Positions 58,564 to 64,000 of a stretch of 64,000 bases of DNA are shown piece after piece (the stretch's first letter is position 1; every line of letters begins with the position of its first letter). The notes below the pieces were generated by a model. The model made no database searches, had not been told where the DNA came from, and saw only the letters and a program-made list of their open reading frames with translations. The translations under genes and the position numbers were made by a program. Source of the DNA: Bacteroidota bacterium (GTDB taxonomy: Bacteria; Bacteroidota; Bacteroidia; Chitinophagales; Chitinophagaceae); NCBI GenBank assembly GCA_041162625.1, contig JBEASE010000005.1, positions 263 to 64,262 on the forward strand, written 5' to 3'.

Positions 58564-59646
58564 ATGAATATAAGAGCTTTAAAATTCGCTGCACCTCTAA
58601 GCATATATGTGCTTGCCTGGTTTGCGTTTCATGAAAAAGGATGGGTAATCACTTGGCCAATCCTATTTGCCTTCGCTTTTATTCCTATTGTTGAAATACT
58701 CTTTCCTGCTGCTGAAGAAAATATGAGAGAAAATATGAGCGATGCGGAAGAACAAATTGCAAAAGAAGATAGGTTGTACGACTTATGGCTTTACCTGATT
58801 GTACCACTTCAATACTATGCACTCTACCTTTTTTTTACATCTATACAAGACCCTACAATTACATCATTGGAACTCATCGGAAGAATTTTTGTAATGGGTC
58901 TGCTTTGCGGCACATTTGGCATTAATGTTGGTCATGAACTTGGACACAGAAGAAATCTTTATGAAAGAAATCTTGCAAAAGCATTGTTATTGACTTCACT
59001 GTACATGCATTTTTATATTGAGCACAACAAAGGCCATCATAAAAATGTATCAACAAAAGAAGACCCAAGTAGTGCAAGAAGAGGAGAAGTTGTTTACCTA
59101 TTTTATTTCCGTTCAGTCATCATGGGCTACTTATCAGCATGGCATATTGCAGCAGATGAGCAAAGGAAAAAAGGCAAGCCTGTATTGCATTTCAGCAACC
59201 AGATGATTCAATTCCAGTTGCTACAACTAGTATTCATCTCGGCCATTTATTATTTCTTTGGACCGATGGTATTGTTGTCGTTTTTCGCAGCTGCAACTAT
59301 TGGATTTCTTTTACTAGAGACAGTCAACTACATTGAACACTACGGACTGGAAAGAAAGAAGACTGAAAAAGGATATGAAAGAGCGATGCCAGAACACAGC
59401 TGGAACAGCAGTCACGTTCTAGGTCGAATAATTTTATTTGAATTATCCAGACACAGTGATCATCACTATTTAGCCAGCAGAAAATACCAGATTCTTCGCC
59501 ATCATGAAGAAGCACCACAAATGCCAACAGGCTATCCAGGTATGGTTATACTTTCACTTTTCCCACCGTTGTGGTTTGCCATCATGAACAGGAGAATTGA
59601 CCGCTATCATCAACAACATCAGCTGATGATGTCTGAGCCAAAATAA
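58564..59646 (+). CDS. AlkB-type integral-membrane alkane 1-monooxygenase / fatty-acid-desaturase-superfamily hydroxylase
   Basis: All four AlkB signature boxes are present: HELGHR, EHNKGHH, NYIEHYGL and LSRHSDHH. Confidence 0.85.
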   Translation: MNIRALKFAAPLSIYVLAWFAFHEKGWVITWPILFAFAFIPIVEILFPAAEENMRENMSDAEEQIAKEDRLYDLWLYLIVPLQYYALYLFFTSIQDPTITSLELIGRIFVMGLLCGTFGINVGHELGHRRNLYERNLAKALLLTSLYMHFYIEHNKGHHKNVSTKEDPSSARRGEVVYLFYFRSVIMGYLSAWHIAADEQRKKGKPVLHFSNQMIQFQLLQLVFISAIYYFFGPMVLLSFFAAATIGFLLLETVNYIEHYGLERKKTEKGYERAMPEHSWNSSHVLGRIILFELSRHSDHHYLASRKYQILRHHEEAPQMPTGYPGMVILSLFPPLWFAIMNRRIDRYHQQHQLMMSEPK

Positions 59647-60890
59647 GGCTGAATTACTTTAGGGATCTTTATACCTTCAGGAGTTTGGAAATTTTCCAAC
59701 AAACTTGCTAGGATACGCGGTAGCGCTAGTGAACTACCATTTAGAGAATGCAGCAATTGGGTTTTGCCATTATCATCCTTGGTCCTGATTTTCATTCTAT
59801 TTGTTTGGTAAGCTTCGAAGTTAGAAACCGAACTCACCTCCAACCATCTTTGTTGCGCTGCACTATAGACTTCAAAATCATAAGTCATTGCAGAAGTGAA
59901 TCCCATATCACCACCACACAATAATAAAATTCGGTAAGGGAGTTCCAATTGCTGCAACAGCTTTTCTACATGTACTACCATTTCCTCCAAAATACCGTAA
60001 CTAGTTGAAGCCTCTGTAAGACAAACTATTTCAACTTTATCGAATTGATGAACCCTGTTCAATCCTCTTACATCTTTACCAAAACTTCCTGCCTCTCTTC
60101 TAAAACAAGGTGTGTAAGCCGTCATCTTCACTGGCAAAGCAGATGAAGGAATAATTTCATCACGGTAAATATTGGTAACGGGCACTTCTGCCGTTGGAAT
60201 CAAATACAATTCATCTGCGCCTATATGATACATCTGACCTTCCTTATCTGGCAACTGACCCGTTCCAAAAGCAGAAGCGGCATTCACTACATGAGGTGGA
60301 ATGTATTCTGTATAGCCTGCGGCTGTATTGTAATCCAAGAAATATTGGATCAAAGCTCTTTGCAATTTTGCTCCTTTCCCTTTGTAAACAGGGAAGCCAC
60401 TTCCAGTTATTTTTACACCAGTTTGAAAATCGACTAAATCATACTTGGTTATTAGATCCCAATGCGGAACAGCACCATCATGAAGCGAAGGAATATTTCC
60501 AGTCTGTCTAACTACCTTATTGTCTTCAGCCGATTTACCAACTGGAACTGCATCAGCAGGCAAATTGGGGAGCCTGTACAACAATGTTTCTAAACTAGAT
60601 TCTGTTGTTGCCAATTGCACAGCAAATCCATCTATATTTTCTTTCAAAGCTGATACTTCAGCTTTTTTTTGCTCGGCTTCCTCTTTTTTACCTTGTGCCA
60701 TTAAGGCACCAATTTCTTTTGAAACCAGGTTTCTCTTGGACAGCAATTCATCTGATTGCATTTGAAGGCTCTTCCTTTGGTCGTCTAGTTCAATTATTCT
60801 ATCAACCAATTCCAATTCTTTGAATTGTTTCTTTTCTAGCCCCTTTATTACCAGTTCTTTGTTATTGCGTATATAGCCAACCTGAAGCAT
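59619..60890 (-). CDS. serS: Seryl-tRNA synthetase
   Basis: N-terminal coiled coil beginning MLQVGYIRNNKELV, with class II motifs (FRREAGS, GSSLALPR). The start at 60890 is supported by a TATCTTTG motif 15 nt upstream. Confidence 0.95.
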   Translation of the reverse strand: MLQVGYIRNNKELVIKGLEKKQFKELELVDRIIELDDQRKSLQMQSDELLSKRNLVSKEIGALMAQGKKEEAEQKKAEVSALKENIDGFAVQLATTESSLETLLYRLPNLPADAVPVGKSAEDNKVVRQTGNIPSLHDGAVPHWDLITKYDLVDFQTGVKITGSGFPVYKGKGAKLQRALIQYFLDYNTAAGYTEYIPPHVVNAASAFGTGQLPDKEGQMYHIGADELYLIPTAEVPVTNIYRDEIIPSSALPVKMTAYTPCFRREAGSFGKDVRGLNRVHQFDKVEIVCLTEASTSYGILEEMVVHVEKLLQQLELPYRILLLCGGDMGFTSAMTYDFEVYSAAQQRWLEVSSVSNFEAYQTNRMKIRTKDDNGKTQLLHSLNGSSLALPRILASLLENFQTPEGIKIPKVIQPYFGSDIIS

Positions 60891-60905
60891 GCCTCTTGTT
60901 TTTTG

Positions 60906-60913
60906 CAAAGATA
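60906..60913 (-). promoter_or_regulatory. Bacteroidota -7 promoter element (TATCTTTG on minus strand) for serS
   Basis: Exact TAnnTTTG match. It is the same octamer as at the atp operon. Confidence 0.5.
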
Positions 60914-60955
60914 AGCATTAGCAGGGGATGGCTTAATGAGTTGGATAATCTTGTT

Positions 60956-60963
60956 TAGATTTG
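60956..60963 (+). promoter_or_regulatory. Bacteroidota -7 promoter element (TAGATTTG) only 4 nt before an ATG
   Basis: Exact TAnnTTTG match. It implies either a leaderless mRNA or use of the internal Met19. Confidence 0.4.
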
Positions 60964-60967
60964 TAGG

Positions 60968-61315
60968 ATGAATGCAGCAGATGATTTACAATCAAGGTGG
61001 TGGAAATTGGAAGAGAAATTAATGGAGAGATTTGGTAAAAAGCCAGACATGGAATCTATTTTGTTCCTGATAGGTATACAGGAGGTGAATGGAGCAGGCC
61101 ATAAGTTTACCAAAGAGCAAAAACAGGACCTTATGCACATTGCAGTCTGTTCAATATTAATTCCCAGCGGCTACTATGAGCATGAGGGGTGGGACCAAGA
61201 CGGATGGCCACATTTCAAGCAATTAAAAGAATACAGAGCCATGTCGCTTTTTGAACAAGAAAACTTGTTGAAAGATCATATCCTGTTTTATTTTTCTCAA
61301 AATGAATTTATATGA
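60968..61315 (+). CDS. Hypothetical cytoplasmic protein (115 aa)
   Basis: ORF with ATGA stop/start coupling to the downstream PPIase gene. No motif recognised. Confidence 0.6.
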   Translation: MNAADDLQSRWWKLEEKLMERFGKKPDMESILFLIGIQEVNGAGHKFTKEQKQDLMHIAVCSILIPSGYYEHEGWDQDGWPHFKQLKEYRAMSLFEQENLLKDHILFYFSQNEFI

Positions 61316-62016
61316 GCAAACTGTCGACTTTCTTTCTTGCTCTGGCAGTATTTTTGTTGAGCAACACAGCCAATGCACAGCCGATTACCAAGATTAAAAA
61401 GGGTGATCTCAATAAAGATGTGTTGATGGTAACTGACTCTGGAAATCTGATTCTCCGACTGAAAGATGAGACACCCCTGCATCGCGATAATTTCATCAAA
61501 CTGGTTAAATCAAAATATTACAATGATATCAGCTTTCATAGGGTTATTGCAGGTTTCATGATTCAGGCAGGTGATGAAAAAACCAAACCAAAAGCAGATA
61601 GCACCCGTTTCCTGAAATCTTATACCCTAGCTGCCGAAATTTCATCTGATTTTTTCCATAAAAAAGGAATGTTGGCAGCAGCAAGAATGGGTGACAACGT
61701 AAATCCAAAAAGAGAAAGCAGTGGAGTGCAGTTTTATATTGTACAGGGAAAAGTATTCAATGATAAATCGCTTGATTCTGTAGAAACTTATAGGCTCAAT
61801 GGCAGAAAAATACCAGTGGAACAAAGAGAAGTTTATAAGACAGTTGGCGGGGCACCACATTTGGACCAGACTTATACCATTTTTGGTGAACTAGTTTATG
61901 GATTTGATGTTTTAGATAAAATTGCACAAACCAAAACCAGCGGCCGACAAGGAGGAGATAAACCCCTAACCGATATTAGGATTAGAAAAGTAAAAATGAT
62001 TCGTAGATACAAATAA
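61312..62016 (+). CDS. Cyclophilin-type peptidyl-prolyl cis-trans isomerase, secreted
   Basis: Signal peptide, then FHRVIAGFMIQAGD and YTIFGELVYGFDVLDKI. Confidence 0.92.
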   Translation: MSKLSTFFLALAVFLLSNTANAQPITKIKKGDLNKDVLMVTDSGNLILRLKDETPLHRDNFIKLVKSKYYNDISFHRVIAGFMIQAGDEKTKPKADSTRFLKSYTLAAEISSDFFHKKGMLAAARMGDNVNPKRESSGVQFYIVQGKVFNDKSLDSVETYRLNGRKIPVEQREVYKTVGGAPHLDQTYTIFGELVYGFDVLDKIAQTKTSGRQGGDKPLTDIRIRKVKMIRRYK

Positions 62017-62087
62017 CAATTATTTACATCTGAAATTTAAATTACCAGTGTTTTAAATATTAACTTAAACTTGCAAAAAATAAACAT

Positions 62088-62468
62088 ATGAATTTTCCAG
62101 AGCAATTGCGTTATACCAAAGAGCACGAATGGATTTCTGTAGAAGGTAATGTAGCTACTATTGGCATCACCGAATTCGCACAAGGCGAATTAGGTGATAT
62201 CATATACGTGGATATTGACACCATCGGAAAAGACCTCTCAGCTGAAGCAGTATTTGGTACTGTGGAAGCAGTAAAAACCGTAAGTGACCTCTTTTTGCCA
62301 GTTGCTGGAACCATCAAAGAAAAAAACCCATTATTGGATACTCAACCTGAATTGGTAAACCAAGACCCATATGGCGATGGCTGGATGGTTAAAATTACCC
62401 TAAAAGACCCCGCTGAAGTTGAAACACTCATGGATGCAGCTGCCTACCAGGCTTTGATTGGTGCTTAA
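62088..62468 (+). CDS. gcvH: Glycine cleavage system H protein
   Basis: YTKEHEWI and the lipoyl-lysine motif VEAVKTVSDL. Length is 126 aa. Confidence 0.95.
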   Translation: MNFPEQLRYTKEHEWISVEGNVATIGITEFAQGELGDIIYVDIDTIGKDLSAEAVFGTVEAVKTVSDLFLPVAGTIKEKNPLLDTQPELVNQDPYGDGWMVKITLKDPAEVETLMDAAAYQALIGA

Positions 62469-62472
62469 TCAA

Positions 62473-62865
62473 ATGAAATTGTTGATCAACAACAAGCTGT
62501 TGCCATTAATATGGACTGCCTGTGTATTCTATTTATTAAGTTTTGACACCTCAAGTGCTAGCGACTCTGCACTTTGGAAACTACCAGGAATAGATAAGCT
62601 GATCCACCTTGTCATCTTCCTCATATTCGCTTATTTGTGGGGAGTATTCTTCTTGCAACATTCAAGATTTGAAGCAAGAAACATCATTTTTATTATCATA
62701 CTACTAGGAAGTGCTTTTGGAATGGGTATGGAGTTTTATCAGAAATTTTTTACTACCAGAAGTTTCTCCTATTGGGATGGAGTTGCTGATACAGCAGGGA
62801 CTATAATTGGAGTTTGGTTGGCAAAAAAAAGCCCCTATGGACATAGGGGCCGTAACCAAAACTAA
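62473..62865 (+). CDS. VanZ-family membrane protein
   Basis: 4 TM spans, with DKLIHLVIFLIFAYL and a C-terminal D..AD..G pattern. I chose the ATG at 62473, just after the gcvH stop, over the overlapping TTG at 62458. Confidence 0.75.
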   Translation: MKLLINNKLLPLIWTACVFYLLSFDTSSASDSALWKLPGIDKLIHLVIFLIFAYLWGVFFLQHSRFEARNIIFIIILLGSAFGMGMEFYQKFFTTRSFSYWDGVADTAGTIIGVWLAKKSPYGHRGRNQN

Positions 62866-63007
62866 CTGCTTATGAGAAAAACAACTATTGCTTAATTATA
62901 AGATGACTTATCCTCACTTTTTCCATTTCGATTTTCGTTAAAGCTTTCAAAATTTTACATCACCAACAGATTCGCTACTCTACACAATATAGAGACGGAC
63001 AGACAAT

Positions 63008-63052
63008 GTTTTTGGTTGTTAAAGAGTCTTTAAAACCAGAAACTGCTTTTTT
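63008..63052 (+). terminator. Long hairpin plus T6, plus-strand intrinsic terminator in the vanZ-prfA convergent spacer
   Basis: GTTTTTGGTT (63008-63017) pairs with AACCAGAAAC (63034-63043), including one G-U pair. An inner stem TTAAA/TTTAA encloses the loop GAGTC. TGC and TTTTTT (63047-63052) follow. Confidence 0.7.
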
Positions 63053-63082
63053 ACAGTAATTAGTAGTGAAATAAATCTTTGG

Positions 63083-64000
63083 TTATGATTGGGTCAGCTT
63101 ACTTGCATTTTCTGCAAATTGTAAAGCATCTACCAGCTCAACAATATTTCCATTGAGCACATCCTGCAGATTATACAAAGTGAGACCAATCCTGTGGTCA
63201 GTCACCCTTCCTTGTGGGAAATTATAAGTCCTGATTTTGGCAGAACGATCACCTGTACTTACAAGACTTTTTCTATGTCGAGCTATTTCATCCTCTTGTT
63301 TGCGGACCTGCTCTTCATAGAGTTTTGTTCTTAATGTTTGCATGGCTTTTTCCCTGTTGCCTAACTGGGTTCTTTCGGTCTGACAAATAACGACCGTCCC
63401 GGTGGGAATATGCGTCAACATTACTTTAGTCTCGACTTTATTTACGTTTTGTCCTCCAGCTCCCCCACTTCGTGAAGTCTCCATTTTTACATCAGCCTCT
63501 CTTAATTCAACATCCACCTCTTCTGCTTCGGGCATGACTGCAACCGTAGCAGCACTGGTATGTACCCTACCACTTGCCTCCGTATCGGGAACACGTTGTA
63601 CACGGTGAACACCACTCTCAAATTTGAGTGTGCCGTAAACATCATCACCAGAAACCTCAAGCTGCACCTCTTTGTATCCACCCATTGTCCCTTCGTTTTC
63701 ATTGAGCACAGCCGTCTTCCAACCTTTGTTTTCACAAAAACGGATGTACATGCGCAATAAATCTCCTGCAAACAAAGAAGCTTCGTCACCACCTGTACCA
63801 GCCCTGATTTCAAGGATAGCATTTTTCTCATCCTGCGGATCTTTAGGAATGAGCATATTTCTAATCTGCTTCTCTAGTTCTTCTTTTTGTGCTTCCAAAT
63901 CTGCTGTCTCCATCTTTGCCAACTCTCTCAATTCATCATCATCACCCATCAAGGCTTCGCGGTTGAATTCAAGATCTGAAAGTAGCTTTCTGTATTGATT
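63083..64000 (-). CDS. prfA: Peptide chain release factor 1 (5' end beyond the window)
   Basis: GGQ motif ([12 protein letters not shown]) and an RF1-type PxT tripeptide context ([16 protein letters not shown]). The frame stays open upstream of Met 63952 to position 64000 (…[24 protein letters not shown]). Confidence 0.93.
   Translation of the reverse strand, partial: NQYRKLLSDLEFNREALMGDDDELRELAKMETADLEAQKEELEKQIRNMLIPKDPQDEKNAILEIRAGTGGDEASLFAGDLLRMYIRFCENKGWKTAVLNENEGTMGGYKEVQLEVSGDDVYGTLKFESGVHRVQRVPDTEASGRVHTSAATVAVMPEAEEVDVELREADVKMETSRSGGAGGQNVNKVETKVMLTHIPTGTVVICQTERTQLGNREKAMQTLRTKLYEEQVRKQEDEIARHRKSLVSTGDRSAKIRTYNFPQGRVTDHRIGLTLYNLQDVLNGNIVELVDALQFAENASKLTQS

Noticed and set aside
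62872-62941. Mini-ORFs MRKTTIA and MTYPHFFHFDFR in the vanZ-prfA spacer.
   Set aside because: They are too short, have no upstream promoter motif or obvious ribosome-binding context, and nothing supports translation. I kept them only as a note under the spacer finding.
63083-64000. Checked for an RF2-type programmed +1 frameshift site.
   Set aside because: The protein has the RF1 PxT context ([10 protein letters not shown]), not the RF2 SPF context. The frame is continuous to the window edge, so no frameshift is expected or seen.

Overview
Dense, almost fully coding chromosomal segment, about 61 CDS with short spacers. It most likely comes from a Bacteroidota genome (Chitinophagia/Sphingobacteriia-like; I cannot place it more precisely). 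Support for that placement: exact TAnnTTTG -7 promoter motifs sit 4-20 nt upstream of six start codons, TonB-dependent receptors carry N-terminal carboxypeptidase-regulatory-like domains, and AtpB has the long N-terminal extension I recall as typical of the phylum. Most of the window is housekeeping: ruvC, greA, rsmA, pdxA, atpBEFHA, an mreBCD-mrdA-rodA block, purD, serS, gcvH and prfA (runs off the window end). I found no rRNA, tRNA, CRISPR array, transposase, integrase or phage gene. The less ordinary content is: (i) a phosphate-themed neighbourhood at about 24-36.5 kb, containing a PhoB/PhoR-like two-component pair, a TonB receptor with a phytase-like beta-propeller lipoprotein, an LpxH/PlcP-like phosphoesterase with a glycosyltransferase, and ppk1-ppx; (ii) a Tat-exported TIM-barrel / FGE-fold / Gfo-Idh-MocA trio at 7.6-10.9 kb; (iii) a 730-aa secreted protein of unknown function with a possible His/Cys dyad, coupled to an MsbA-like exporter; (iv) an A+T-rich gene for a secreted transglutaminase-like protein; (v) a tiny repeat-flanked ORF; (vi) several RNA-level oddities, namely a leader terminator before greA, an atpE-atpF stem-loop, and a long terminator-capped spacer before prfA. 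I see no clear defence, toxin or mobile system. Every novel-system suggestion below is a hypothesis from motifs and gene context, with no database search behind it.
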